58,105 nt of DNA from a virus, in the IMG/VR virus record IMGVR_UViG_3300025712_000001; one strand, given 5' to 3'. Shown here piece by piece: positions 26,001 to 36,600 of the stretch. Position numbers and translations under genes: made by a program. Each line of letters opens with the position of its first letter. Within the stretch, counting starts at the first letter, position 1. The notes below the pieces were generated by a model. The model was not told where the DNA came from, did not search any database, and saw only the letters and a list, made by a program, of their open reading frames with translations.

Positions 26001-27221
26001 AGCTGCTTTCTCAGCAACTTCTTTAGACATTAGAGTACCTGTAATACCTTTTAAACCTAGTCTATCTAATACGGCCTGAGTTATACCAGCAGCAACAGCA
26101 AGTGTAGAACTTTTATTATCACCTTCCATCTCATTCCAAGTTTGACCTGTATACATTGCTACTATCGGTAGCATAGATGCGCCGTAAGTAGGAGCAGCCA
26201 ACGCTGTACCGACCATAGTTGCTCCCATATAAGGCAGAGATACTACAGCATTGTTACCTAAGAATTCAAAGAATTCTCCAATATTTTTTATATCCCAGTC
26301 ATTACCCACAGTATTACCATCTGCATCTAGCTCAGGTTTCAAAGCACTTAATTTTATTTGAGGAGAATCTTCTAGCTTAGCTCGCAGTCTAGTTATATTC
26401 TGCTCTCCGTAGTTTTCCATCCAGTCAAAACCAGTTTTCTCACCAAGCATATCTGCAATACCGTACAGACCTTCCATAGCTCCAGTTGTTCCAACGTCCC
26501 ATGCTGTGCTTAAAGGATGCTTAGAGTCATTCATCAGGTCTCTATCGTTACTACGTATGTCTACTATATCTGTAGAATATGTTTTAGCTAAACGCTTGCG
26601 TGCTTCGTATACCTCTATTGACTCACCTGGTTGACGCTCAGAAAATAAGCTACCTAATTGTTTCTCATTAAGAGCTACTTTCTTTACTAGATCACTATAA
26701 TCTCCTGACTCTGCATCAGTAGCTCTCTTAATTAAGTTAGCACCTACTTCCCAATCAGTCATAGTTTCTGCATATGGTGATTTACTTCTACTCAATTCAC
26801 CAAAAGCTTCTGCTTCTATATCGCTATCAGAGCTATAGATATTTGTTGAGGCTAAACCTTCAGCTACTAGCGTTGATGTAAAATCAGTACCATATTTATC
26901 TGTTAGTCTAACCATTTGTCGACTTCCAGTAGTATCCATCTTAGGACTACCGTCTTCGTTAGTAAGGTAAACTACTTTTGTAAAACCTTTTTCATTAGCT
27001 AATCTAGGTATTATCTCATTAGTCATTGCACCACCAGCGGTACCTTCAGTTACAGTACCGTCTGGTAATACTCTGGATATTTCAGCTGCTTCTAATCCTT
27101 CAATACGAAGTAGCTTATCATCAGGACTTATTAAAGTATCGGGATCAGAGAAAATGAAACCACCACTATCTTTTAAAGTACGATCTGGTAATTCAAAATT
27201 CTTTAAACGACTAGTTCCCAT
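23061..27221 (-). CDS. Large internal virion / ejection protein, 1386 aa
   Basis: Size and position follow the T7 gp15/16 logic. Hydrophobic segments lie near the C-terminus (VWTTVAGLPLATISSFVELAITTV, FAVMTTMIFLGFLSQYL). The N-terminus has a weak staphylococcal-nuclease-like pattern. AAGGAG SD. Confidence 0.5.
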   Translation of the reverse strand: MGTSRLKNFELPDRTLKDSGGFIFSDPDTLISPDDKLLRIEGLEAAEISRVLPDGTVTEGTAGGAMTNEIIPRLANEKGFTKVVYLTNEDGSPKMDTTGSRQMVRLTDKYGTDFTSTLVAEGLASTNIYSSDSDIEAEAFGELSRSKSPYAETMTDWEVGANLIKRATDAESGDYSDLVKKVALNEKQLGSLFSERQPGESIEVYEARKRLAKTYSTDIVDIRSNDRDLMNDSKHPLSTAWDVGTTGAMEGLYGIADMLGEKTGFDWMENYGEQNITRLRAKLEDSPQIKLSALKPELDADGNTVGNDWDIKNIGEFFEFLGNNAVVSLPYMGATMVGTALAAPTYGASMLPIVAMYTGQTWNEMEGDNKSSTLAVAAGITQAVLDRLGLKGITGTLMSKEVAEKAAKGLLAKPGNTLTIDQARRAVAQATRKEAALLTGAAATVAKEQLKARNILRSLTQRGGRGAATEGVTEAMQEATAYMAAVVGSDKVFDAVELQNRLLNATIAGGTLGAGFSIPGTAIDVGAWTDIAVRQAEADPNKLSRAGAQAEAELNENGYIPTIQDLNEETGIDIFKSTKAKPISKRDQKKIDFLRLPQRKSGGVILADGTMSIAPETDSDYVSRLEQASAIEAKYNVKDIDASNKSLSERSNESSASDKEMDTWQRVKRAWESVPALWRGSTRFIFSDTLQEKSRSLRKLADMFGANLQRTFSGVNFENRKKHLLTQYRNLVSSPAEYAQKAGFKTVDQAGISAIVTSFGMWLGDKTGSDIKWDTLPADLKVHETWLRQYYSDVTMLGEKLYADQEKAAKSNGKAFNVGKLKNYLMKYKSFNKAAIEKNRAKFIQRLMTTFKMSKSDATTLTDNILNQDTLSSEQDFNVGEGKFIPASHRGRTLGLSERKEFLEFMETDAFINISNASKSASRFITYQEFLGDGNEKIAFHLNNAVKEGVPEEEVNRIARQMQDYLNAESGNYKRIKTSSLSKIQKNIGVWTTVAGLPLATISSFVELAITTVSIPPDIIFKEIRNASKEAAQAMWSTMTDPRWNSTNRQLSKEKRQARIKALGFFDWDVGAAQTTGATETTHGSRRLLDKYFRVIGLQQWTDYTRSIRASIADDYIMNHLDTIIDQRKSGVPKNNDVQESEELLRNLGINVNLLVNLNMQQGPWSPQQTAEFDTMMLDAEFNFVNIAIALPNTANRPLFYQNQHLALFTQFQGFISTFTANQIPKMWGEYVKRGNPSLKYNAFAVMTTMIFLGFLSQYLKDLLKYGEPTPYLDPVEKIQRGIGASGLLGTGERVLNFVYPIYEKSSDNPAEWFFNTLSGEAAGLSNVSRVYSGAGKIIQGQPDKGLYAFLKTAPLVGPFNRLNRNIAEGIFGKSEPIKPKKKEYN

Positions 27222-27234
27222 TATATAACTCCTT

Positions 27235-30200
27235 TTATTTAGTAGATTTCTTAGTTGGTGTAGGTCCTAAGCCAGACAATTCTCTACGTAACCAAGCCAT
27301 AAATATAGATTCACCTGGTTTAGTATTATTTGTTACTGTTTTATTTATATATTCTGGATTATCTAACATATCTTGATTGAACAAGGCTATGGCATTCTTG
27401 TATTTAAGATCAAGTTGAGATCTACCTTCAAATGTTTTCCATGTTGATATAGGAGATTTACCACTCTTCATGAACTGTTCATTTAATGCTTTTATACGAT
27501 CATCATTAGGAGTCTTTCCATCTAACGGATCAAACAAATTACCTCCTCTATTAGCAGTCTGACGTACTAAAGCGGCATCTAAGAATACTTTAATATCACC
27601 AGGTTCTTTCTCAGGGTTAGCTCGCATATAAGATATCATATTCTCATAAGCAATTTTACTAACACTACCAAGATTAGCTGCATCGAAACCGTAACTCATA
27701 GCCCACTCAGCAGTTTGACCAGCCATAGTTTTCGAACCAGCTGTAAGTCTTGTAGCAGGATGTGTGTCATCTTTGACATCGTTCTTTATCCATTCATCAA
27801 GTTGACCTTCAATTAAATCTGTATTAGTTTTAAGTAATGACGAGTAACCTTTAGATCCTTTAACACGTGAGTCATCTGTTGTCCAGTCCATATTCATAGG
27901 CTGCATATAGCCTGGTTTATTTTTGTCATATGGATTAAGTGTATAGTATTGCTGCTTGACGCCATCAGCTCCAGTCATTTCTACTTTTATTGCCATGTCA
28001 CGTTTGTTAAGCTTAGGATTATAAAATTCTTTTCTATCACCTTTTAACGCATAGCTACTACCAGTTTTAATAGATTTTAAGTCACTTAAATTTCTAGACT
28101 TTTTATATTTCTCAATAGAAGCTGGCGTATACAGTTTAGCTGCAATAGCTTTCTCAACATTCTTAGCATGAGACGCATCTTTATTTTCCATACGTTTAAG
28201 ATAGTACTTACCAGACCAAGCTAGTGAACCGTTATGTGAAGCTCCCATAGCACGAGAGCCTAGATACAAAACAGCCATACGTGCTAGCTCTTCAGTGTCA
28301 AATAGATTACCAAAGTATTTACTAAGAAATGATTTAGTTTTTACAAACTTAGGATTTTTATTTTCTAATGCTTTCTTTACGACACCATCTAAATTAAAAG
28401 ATTCTCCTAATCCTAATTCTGCATTACCTTTCTGTTCAACAGTATTTACGTCAAAGTTTTCAGCACTACCATCATCAAGACTATCTAATCTACTAGTAAG
28501 TGCACCTGAATTTGCTAACTGATCATCAGTTAATCCAAGACCTTCAGTATCTATTATATCATTAGCTGCGGGACCTATATTTACTCCCTTCTTTAGATAA
28601 TTCTGTGTATCTATTTTAGCCGGATCTATATTCTGCCTTTTTGCCCAATCTTCAAATGAAGGGAAGTCAGCAATGCCTAATCTATTAGCATTACGTTTAG
28701 CATCTTTATATTTTAACATTAACTTTTTAGTTTCTTTTTCTGCATCTTTTCGTCTTTTAGTTTCTCTATCTCGCCATCTTCTAGTTTCTGCAGTACCTGT
28801 CTGTGTTGCTTGACCTTTAACTATAGATATTTTTGAATTAATTTCACCTAAGACTTCAGTTGTTTCTTTAGAAACTTGACCGTTAAGTTTAATTTCGTCA
28901 TTAGCTTTATTTGTTAATTCAGCTTTACGCTTATTAAGTTCTTCTAAGCTTGCAGCTGACGGTGGCTGATACTTTGAAAGTTTAATTTCAGAATCGTTAC
29001 CTTTTTGAAAGTCAACAAATGCTTGCATTGTTTCAGTGTCAGCTACACGTCCATAGCTATCAGTAAGTACTCCCTTATCGTCTACTGTATATAACATATT
29101 TGTATCTTTACGGAAGATTACATCACCATTACTAACATTTTGTGGGACTTTTTCTGGTCCGTATACTTTAGAATTTATATCGTATGTATCTTCAATTAAA
29201 TTACTATTAACAGTATTAATACCTCTGACTTCGCTTTCTGGTATATTGTAAAAATTATTACCAGTAATAGGAACTCGCTGACCTAAGCTATTTATCTGCG
29301 TTTGTCTTTGCATACCTGCTTTAGAATCTGCTTCATTAATAACATCTGATGTGCGCGCTTGTTCTGCATCATCATATGGATTACCAAATGCATCATAAAA
29401 CGTAGGATCAATAGGTGCTACGTCTATCTTTGGAGGCATCGTATCTTTTGGAATATTCATAAACTCATCTGCAGATGGTACATCTCCTGGTACGCCTGTG
29501 TAATAATTTTTATTGAATGCATCTTCACGAGCTGAACTATTATTATAAGCAATTCGCAATGCTTCTGCTCTCTCACGTTTAAGTGCATCTATTTTCTCTG
29601 CGTATTTCATAGTTTGTAAACGATCCATACTTAATTTATCAACAGCTCCGAATCTTTCTTCTTGTGCCTCACGTAAACGCTCTGCTTCTTCTTTCTCAAG
29701 TTTATCTTTAATAGTATCTGCCATAGTTTCAAATGTAGGTGCATTAGAATAATTATAAGTTGGCGCTGATCCCGGCATAGGTATTCCGCTTCTGTAGTAA
29801 TCTCTTACTTCATCACCAACAGCGTAGTACTGAGGTACTGGACCACCAGCTTGTCTATATATACTATCAAAGTATCCTTGATCTGCGTTGTAATAATCTA
29901 TATATCTTTTGCGATAGTCTTTACGCAAATCCCTATAACCAGACACAGCATCACGAATAAAGTCTCCGGCCCTGTCGAGAAAACTAGGATCTTCAGTCGC
30001 AACCTCTTGTGCTGAATTTCGGGCCTCTAGTGTTGCTATATCTTTATCTATTTCCTTTAAAGATCTAATAGGTTTACCTAAAGTTTCTTGTGTTATTGCT
30101 GGATACATAGTTTCATCAGCAGCCATCGCTCCTGTTAAATCTATATCTCCGAATTCATTAGGAGCCATTGCTCCTGCTGGATCTACAGGTTCTCGAACAA

Positions 30201-31008
30201 TAAAATCGTTTGCAAACTTTGCACGATTAGGTTGTAAGTCACCTTTATATTTTTCAAAATCTAATCCAAAAATATCAGCTGCTTCTCCTGGCGTTTTAGC
30301 CATATTGATTTTATTTCTAACTGCTCCATACTCATCTGTGTTATCCATTTCAGAAATCATAAAGTCAAGTTGAGTCTTAGCATCTAATGGACTTACATTG
30401 TTATCAGCTGCAAATTTTAAAAGATTGTTATTATCTGTATCGTATCTACCTCCAACTTCATATTGGAATAATCCTCTACCAGGGCCACCTGTATTTTGAT
30501 TAGCCGCTGGATCAAAGTTACTTTCATGTTTAATATTTCCTAAAATACCTTTCGCAGCATTAGAAGTAAAACCTTTAGATATTAAATAAGCATATATTTC
30601 TTGAGGATCCATTGAACTACTTTCATAAGGAACAGTTTGTAATGATACTCTATCTGCTTCTCTACTATCTATAAGATTTTGCATAGCTTCATTATTTCTA
30701 CGTACTGGCTGACCTGCAGCTGCATACATAGCTTCAGACGGATGGTTATGTGGCTCACCATTCTGCATCTTTCTTCCTTCATCATTAATATTCTTTAACA
30801 ATGGTCCATACATATCAGTAGCTTCTTTGTTAATAACAAACTCACCGGGTGTCAGCCATGCAGGTACTGTGTCAGTTCCTTTAGGTTCTCCTGGATGGTT
30901 AGGCATACTCGTCATACCTGGTACTTCCATATCCGCTGATCCCTCAAAGAATTCAAAAGACTTACTATTACCATAACGATCTTTTGTTTCATACTTTTTA
31001 ATCTGCAT
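27235..31008 (-). CDS. Internal virion protein with a peptidoglycan-hydrolase (phage tail lysozyme-type) domain, 1257 aa
   Basis: AAKGILGNIKHESNFDPAANQNTGGPGRGLFQYE...TQLDFMISEM matches the phage tail lysozyme domain pattern. TPGEFVINKEAT motif near the N-terminus; long coiled-coil region. Confidence 0.7.
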   Translation of the reverse strand: MQIKKYETKDRYGNSKSFEFFEGSADMEVPGMTSMPNHPGEPKGTDTVPAWLTPGEFVINKEATDMYGPLLKNINDEGRKMQNGEPHNHPSEAMYAAAGQPVRRNNEAMQNLIDSREADRVSLQTVPYESSSMDPQEIYAYLISKGFTSNAAKGILGNIKHESNFDPAANQNTGGPGRGLFQYEVGGRYDTDNNNLLKFAADNNVSPLDAKTQLDFMISEMDNTDEYGAVRNKINMAKTPGEAADIFGLDFEKYKGDLQPNRAKFANDFIVREPVDPAGAMAPNEFGDIDLTGAMAADETMYPAITQETLGKPIRSLKEIDKDIATLEARNSAQEVATEDPSFLDRAGDFIRDAVSGYRDLRKDYRKRYIDYYNADQGYFDSIYRQAGGPVPQYYAVGDEVRDYYRSGIPMPGSAPTYNYSNAPTFETMADTIKDKLEKEEAERLREAQEERFGAVDKLSMDRLQTMKYAEKIDALKRERAEALRIAYNNSSAREDAFNKNYYTGVPGDVPSADEFMNIPKDTMPPKIDVAPIDPTFYDAFGNPYDDAEQARTSDVINEADSKAGMQRQTQINSLGQRVPITGNNFYNIPESEVRGINTVNSNLIEDTYDINSKVYGPEKVPQNVSNGDVIFRKDTNMLYTVDDKGVLTDSYGRVADTETMQAFVDFQKGNDSEIKLSKYQPPSAASLEELNKRKAELTNKANDEIKLNGQVSKETTEVLGEINSKISIVKGQATQTGTAETRRWRDRETKRRKDAEKETKKLMLKYKDAKRNANRLGIADFPSFEDWAKRQNIDPAKIDTQNYLKKGVNIGPAANDIIDTEGLGLTDDQLANSGALTSRLDSLDDGSAENFDVNTVEQKGNAELGLGESFNLDGVVKKALENKNPKFVKTKSFLSKYFGNLFDTEELARMAVLYLGSRAMGASHNGSLAWSGKYYLKRMENKDASHAKNVEKAIAAKLYTPASIEKYKKSRNLSDLKSIKTGSSYALKGDRKEFYNPKLNKRDMAIKVEMTGADGVKQQYYTLNPYDKNKPGYMQPMNMDWTTDDSRVKGSKGYSSLLKTNTDLIEGQLDEWIKNDVKDDTHPATRLTAGSKTMAGQTAEWAMSYGFDAANLGSVSKIAYENMISYMRANPEKEPGDIKVFLDAALVRQTANRGGNLFDPLDGKTPNDDRIKALNEQFMKSGKSPISTWKTFEGRSQLDLKYKNAIALFNQDMLDNPEYINKTVTNNTKPGESIFMAWLRRELSGLGPTPTKKSTK

Positions 31009-32063
31009 TACTTTCCTCCGGAATTACTATCAGTAGAGTTATCTCCATCATCTGATATAACATCTCCAAACTCATTCATATTTCTTGCGGCTATACGTGA
31101 AGGTACAGATTTTATTTTACCATTTGGTCCACCACCATCAGGTTCTACAATTCTACTTGATTGAAACTTACCTGCTCTACGATCTAATTCTTGCTTAAGT
31201 AACGGAGACATAGTATTTGTTTGAATAGATTCACCAGTAACAGAATCTGTTATAGAACTCATTGTACCACCAGGAGTCATTATACTAATATCCCCTCCTT
31301 TATAATTACCCTCATTATCATAAGTAATAGATGTATCAGAGTCAGCGCCCATTACTCCGAACCCTTCACTCATACGATTTGTTGGTATGATGTCACCAGC
31401 ATTAGATCCAAATACACCTGATGTAGATTTAGGAGTACCTGCTCTTGATCCATCAAAGCCTATATCATATGGAGATACAGGTTTATTATTCATATATGCG
31501 TCACCAGTTTCATTAAAATTATCTTCCATAGAACTAGTATTAGTATTTATTCTACCCGCTATAGTATTCATAGGTGCATTTTCACCACGTAGTCTTGCAG
31601 TTCTAGCTTGTTCTTTTGTCATACCTGGATTTTCATCCATATATTTATACACTGAATTGTCGTAACTACCTAGCGCAGACTCTATCGGTCCCGTGTGGTT
31701 TCTTAATTTACCGTAACTATTTTTTAAAGTATTAAAACCTGTACCAGCATCTTTATATGAAGCTACAGCTCTACCTGTTATAGGGTCGTAAGCTCTTCCT
31801 GTAGAATCAAACACATTACCTTGTGCATCAGTTGTACCTTCATTACCGAATGTATCATTTTTACCTAATCCTAACGGACCTTTAAGAACACTCATACCAG
31901 GAAGTAAGCCTATTGGATTTGATTTACCTCGTTCATAACCTAAGTTAGCTGCTGCATCTTGTCTCGGAGTTGTCTGACCTGTCGGTGTATTATATCTAGG
32001 TACAGAATTCATATCTCTAAAACCTAGCCCCATAGTTTGAGGATTATTAATTGAAGTCACCAT
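31008..32063 (-). CDS. Putative internal virion protein, 351 aa
   Basis: ORF track. Gly/Asn/Thr-rich. Its stop overlaps the start of the downstream 1257-aa gene. Confidence 0.45.
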   Translation of the reverse strand: MVTSINNPQTMGLGFRDMNSVPRYNTPTGQTTPRQDAAANLGYERGKSNPIGLLPGMSVLKGPLGLGKNDTFGNEGTTDAQGNVFDSTGRAYDPITGRAVASYKDAGTGFNTLKNSYGKLRNHTGPIESALGSYDNSVYKYMDENPGMTKEQARTARLRGENAPMNTIAGRINTNTSSMEDNFNETGDAYMNNKPVSPYDIGFDGSRAGTPKSTSGVFGSNAGDIIPTNRMSEGFGVMGADSDTSITYDNEGNYKGGDISIMTPGGTMSSITDSVTGESIQTNTMSPLLKQELDRRAGKFQSSRIVEPDGGGPNGKIKSVPSRIAARNMNEFGDVISDDGDNSTDSNSGGK

Positions 32064-32066
32064 AGG

Positions 32067-32489
32067 TTATCCTCCTTTAGATGCTAATGGTCCGTGATAG
32101 TTTAGCTCAATCTCTTCTGATACTTTACCACCGTGTTGTTTATATCTAACTTTAGAAACATTAGTCATCATAGGAGATAAAGGTCCGCCTACCATACCGC
32201 CGTTATTGAAAAACAGTTTTTTAAATAAAGGTTTAAGAGCTCCTTCATATATACCAGTAGCTGCTACGCCGCCTACAGGTCCCGCCGCAGATGTACCAAT
32301 CATTTTAGCAGTACCTCCGACAAGAGCATCAGTTGCCATCTGCATACCTATCTCTGCACCTTTATCTATAGCTAATTCTTTAAGTAAATTAGGCTGGTCA
32401 GGACTTGACGGGCTAGTAGGATATCTTATCTGTGGTTGTGGCTGAACCATAAGTGGATCTTGTTCAATACCTCTCATATCAACGCCCAT
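32067..32489 (-). CDS. Putative internal virion protein, 140 aa
   Basis: ORF track; operon position. Confidence 0.4.
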   Translation of the reverse strand: MGVDMRGIEQDPLMVQPQPQIRYPTSPSSPDQPNLLKELAIDKGAEIGMQMATDALVGGTAKMIGTSAAGPVGGVAATGIYEGALKPLFKKLFFNNGGMVGGPLSPMMTNVSKVRYKQHGGKVSEEIELNYHGPLASKGG

Positions 32490-33023
32490 TTATTTACCTC
32501 CACCTGTTTCTGTTCTAGTCTGAGGTGCATTACCTAAGTAACCAAAGTATCTACTTGCAGCTTTATGAGGTGCGTCTTTTTTCTCTTGCTCAAAAGATCT
32601 ATATTGATTACCAGCTTCACCCATTGCTGCCAATCCTCTAGCTGTAGTTTCTTGTCGATCTTTCATATTACGGAATGATTGATCTGCAATAGCAGAAGCC
32701 ATAGCTCTATCGTTACGTGCTGAGCCTAAGCCACCACCGAAAGATGCTGCACCACTTGCTGAACCTATCATATTACGCATATCGCGATTGTTAGCCGCAG
32801 TCATATCGTATTTGCCTCTACCTAATATAGCATCTCTTGATTCACCTTCTCCACGTAGTAACGCTTCTTTTTGAAGTCGATCCATATCAGCTATAGTAGC
32901 ATCAGGATTAGCTACATCAGCTGTATATTTATCTGTAACGTCACTAAGTACTTTCTCTAAATACGGTTTAAACTCTTCATCTATACCAGTACTAACTGTC
33001 TTTGTTCCACCGCCACTACCCAT
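32490..33023 (-). CDS. Putative internal virion protein, 177 aa
   Basis: I prefer ATG 33023 (MGSGGGTKTV) because AAGGAGG lies 9 nt upstream. The track start at 33095 would overlap the upstream gene by 80 nt. Confidence 0.45.
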   Translation of the reverse strand: MGSGGGTKTVSTGIDEEFKPYLEKVLSDVTDKYTADVANPDATIADMDRLQKEALLRGEGESRDAILGRGKYDMTAANNRDMRNMIGSASGAASFGGGLGSARNDRAMASAIADQSFRNMKDRQETTARGLAAMGEAGNQYRSFEQEKKDAPHKAASRYFGYLGNAPQTRTETGGGK

Positions 33024-33519
33024 GTTGCTCAACCTCCTTTTTATTCTTATCCATATTAATTTCTCCATGAACTGAAAAGTAAAGCTCAGCTCCATATTTT
33101 ACATTTAATAGCTTAGCATATTGATGTGAGTTGTGTTCAGATCGTATTGAATCAGCACGCCATCTAGTTCCACCATGAGTTTTAGTATGTGCTATCATAG
33201 CATCAAACAATTTAGTAACAGTAAACGGAGTGCTTAAACTCTCATCCATAATACAATCTTTTACGTCCATTGTAGTAACACCGTTATAGTAACTGTTAAA
33301 AGTTGTAGCTAAAAGAAATCCTATTAGCTTGTTATCTTTATATTCACCAACAGCAAAATAATTTGGATCACCGTCTTTTTGTTTCTTAACTATATCTAAG
33401 AAAAAGGCTATCCATGTTGCTTCATTTCTTTTATATCCAACAGCATTATGCTTTGCTACATTTTTATTCATAAGTTTTATTACTTCGAATACACTATTGT
33501 CCTCAATAGGTTTTATCAT
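33016..33519 (-). CDS. Hypothetical protein, 167 aa
   Basis: ORF track; ATGA coupling with the upstream small ORF. Confidence 0.5.
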   Translation of the reverse strand: MIKPIEDNSVFEVIKLMNKNVAKHNAVGYKRNEATWIAFFLDIVKKQKDGDPNYFAVGEYKDNKLIGFLLATTFNSYYNGVTTMDVKDCIMDESLSTPFTVTKLFDAMIAHTKTHGGTRWRADSIRSEHNSHQYAKLLNVKYGAELYFSVHGEINMDKNKKEVEQHG

Positions 33520-33683
33520 TTTTCATCTATCCTTACTTTTAAATCTGCAAAGTTTGTTGCACTTCTAATATCCTGTAATAACTTTAAGTTTTGTTCTTGA
33601 AGAATATTAACTTCTCTAACTAATTCAAATAGAGTGTAGTCTAAAGCAGAATCGTTAGTAAGCGGCGCATTAAGAATTGCCAT
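33516..33683 (-). CDS. Small coiled-coil protein, 55 aa (not in ORF track)
   Basis: TAATG overlap with the stop of the 1427-aa gene and ATGA overlap with the next gene. The product is MAILNAPLTNDSALDYTLFELVREVNILQEQNLKLLQDIRSATNFADLKVRIDEK. Confidence 0.45.
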   Translation of the reverse strand: MAILNAPLTNDSALDYTLFELVREVNILQEQNLKLLQDIRSATNFADLKVRIDEK

Positions 33684-36600
33684 TACTTAGCTCCTCCTTT
33701 AGTAACACGTAGTTGTAAACCGGATACATTCCAAGCTCTAGTATTACTACCTGTATAACCAGCTGATGTACTAGCTGCTGCATCATCGATACGATAGTTT
33801 AAGAATCTACCTGTACTTCTTAAGTCAGTTTTATATGAACTACCAACTACAAAATCGTTTACAGTTAACTTATTTCTACGTGCATCAGTTTGTGTATCAT
33901 CTTCTGCAGTCGTGAGATAAGGTAATTCACCTGGGTTATTAGTTGCTCGAGCTCGCACTTGTAAAGTAGCTCTTTGAGGAGTACCACCTACAGTCGCAAT
34001 CGTTCCACCATCTGCCCATAAGGCTAAGCTACCTAAAGTTTCAGTATCAAAGTTAGGAGTAATAGACATTTGTTCTCGTTCAGCATATGATATATAAGCT
34101 GTACCACCAAAGTCATATCCTAAGTCAGCAGCTCGTAACCTGTTAAACAACACACCACTCACATACCCACTCTGTGCGAATATAGGAAATATCTCATTAG
34201 GATTAACTTGAGTATCTGCCCATGATCTAACTATATCAAATGCAGTACTTATAGTAGTCCCAGTATTATCAAATGTGGGCGCTGTTGTCGCAACAGTATT
34301 ACCAATAGCCACTGCTAATATTTGAGCTGTGGTCGGAGCTACTCTTGAAGCTACAACTTCTGTATTAGGAGATAAGCCTGTTACGTAGTTTGCTGCAATT
34401 CCAAATTGTCTAGGATTAATTAATATATTAGTAGGAGCTGATGTACTATCAGGTGTAAGCTCAAGAGCATCTTGTGTGCTAACATCTGTTAGGACTTTAA
34501 GTAAAGCTGTTTGAGTATCAGTAACTGTACCATTAGGTTTAGCTTGCTCTGAGGTATTAGTTCTATCTAAGTCTTTAGCAGGATCATAATATAAATTAAG
34601 ATATGCTGCATCACTAGTTACACCTGAATCACCGTAAGTTGAATCGCTTATACCTGCGGTAAAGTCTGGATCAAGTAATCGACCAGGCCCTTCACCATAG
34701 TGTCTATCAAATATCACACTACTTCCAGATGCTGTATTAATAGTAATTGTAACACGAGTCATCTTAGAAAATATAGATGCTATACCTGCTGTAACAGTAA
34801 TATTACCTGCTACAGAATTAGTAATTAATGGAGATACTAACGTACCTGTACGCGTATCACCTGGCGCAACTGAATAACTAAACTCACCTACAATATCATC
34901 TCGTGATACACTTGTAAAAGTTAATACAGCACCTGCTCTAACTACAGAGAAATGAGCTGTACTAGATGCGCTGGCATTCCATGCAGCTTGTAATGCTGTA
35001 GCAATTTCGGTTGCCGTAACAGAAGCAGTGCTTCCACCAGTATCAGGATCATAAGCAGGGTACGTACTAGTATTATCAAAGTTTACAGTTACTGCTGAAC
35101 CAAGCGGAGGTGTCAACGTGATTGTATCTGTAGTACTAGCTGCTGCTACGCCTGCCCTAGTCTGAGCTTCTGTAAATGTAGAGCTAGCGAATCCTGCAGG
35201 TAATGCACCTATGCTTGTAATAGTTACATCAAAGTTTGATGATTGTAACCCTACCGCCGCAGCAGTAGCTGTTACTAATCCTGTACCTGTAGTAGTAGAC
35301 CAGCTCGCATTACTGTTTATAATAGTACTGATTGCTGCTACAACTGTAGCACGTGTCTGAGTGCCTGTAAGTATTACTGAATCTGTAGTTGTACCGTCTG
35401 GAAATGATACTGTCATCAATGGTTGAGGCTGATTATTGTCAACACCTGTTGTAACAACTGAAACATTAGAAGTTAAGTTACCACCGAATGTAGTCTCTGT
35501 ATATGAAGTACCACTATATGCAGTACTGAATGCTATTGTTAAAGCACCATAATTACCACCGTTTATAGCTGTAAATCGTATGACACCACCACTAGTATCT
35601 ACAGAATATATAGCACTATTACTACCGTTAAACACAGTAATAGCTTGAAGCTTAGTAACAATATCCGCTTGAATCGCTGCTTGATTTGAAAGATTGATTG
35701 CTGTAAGTACTGTTTCGTCAATCGCCGCATGAACACCTGCCACAGCCGGAGCTGTAATTTGCATGGATATAGCAGGGCTAAGAGCGGCTGTTATACCATA
35801 TACACCTACACCTGCTGTAGATGAGGCTATTGTTAAGTTACTTGTCGTCCCTCCTGATATTGCAAAAGTGGATGTAGTGAAAACTCTAGCCCCTGGTTGA
35901 TCTGAGGTAAGTGTCAGTACGTTAGTAGACGCAGTTGCTGTGAAATCAGCAAAAGCGTTGTTATTATTTATATAATCTTTTACAGCTGCTACAAAAGTAG
36001 TCATATTAATTGTAGCGCCATCTGCTTGGTTTGTACCAAGTATAGTGATAGCTGGAAAACTTGCGTTACCTATAGATGCATCACCATTAATAACAGCACT
36101 TGCACCACCATCAAGATATGTAGAACCATCTCTATCATACGTAAACGTAGCTGCAGCAGGGAATGTAAGAGTATTTACTGCGTTAACTACATTTGGACCT
36201 GTCGTACCTGTAACGGTTAAGTCGACTACTTCAAGCACATCAGTTGTAAAGTTACTGAATGTACCAACCGCAACTGTTTTAATTGCTTTAGTACCTATTG
36301 TAGCTTTAGGTGTTGAACCATTTATAGTTACAGCTTGAGTTTCGCGTCTACCTACATTTGTATAACCAGCATTACCTGAATTACCTGTGATAGCTATCGT
36401 AGCTGTAGGGACACCTCCACCTTTAATAGGTCCTGTACCTCCGGATACTACATTATTAAGGTCTCTTATAGTCCATGTATTGTCTCTATAGTTCCATAGT
36501 AATGCTTCATCACACTCACCTCTGAACGAAGCTAGTGTAGGATAGCATACCCATATCTCATTCTCATGATGGTTAAGTAGTGTAAACATCTTAGCTTCAT

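Noticed and set aside
33016-33519. GNAT acetyltransferase call for the 167-aa protein.
   Set aside because: There is only a vague beta-strand/helix pattern (LIGFLLATT...LFDAMIAHTK). No Q/RxxGxG/A acetyl-CoA motif is visible.
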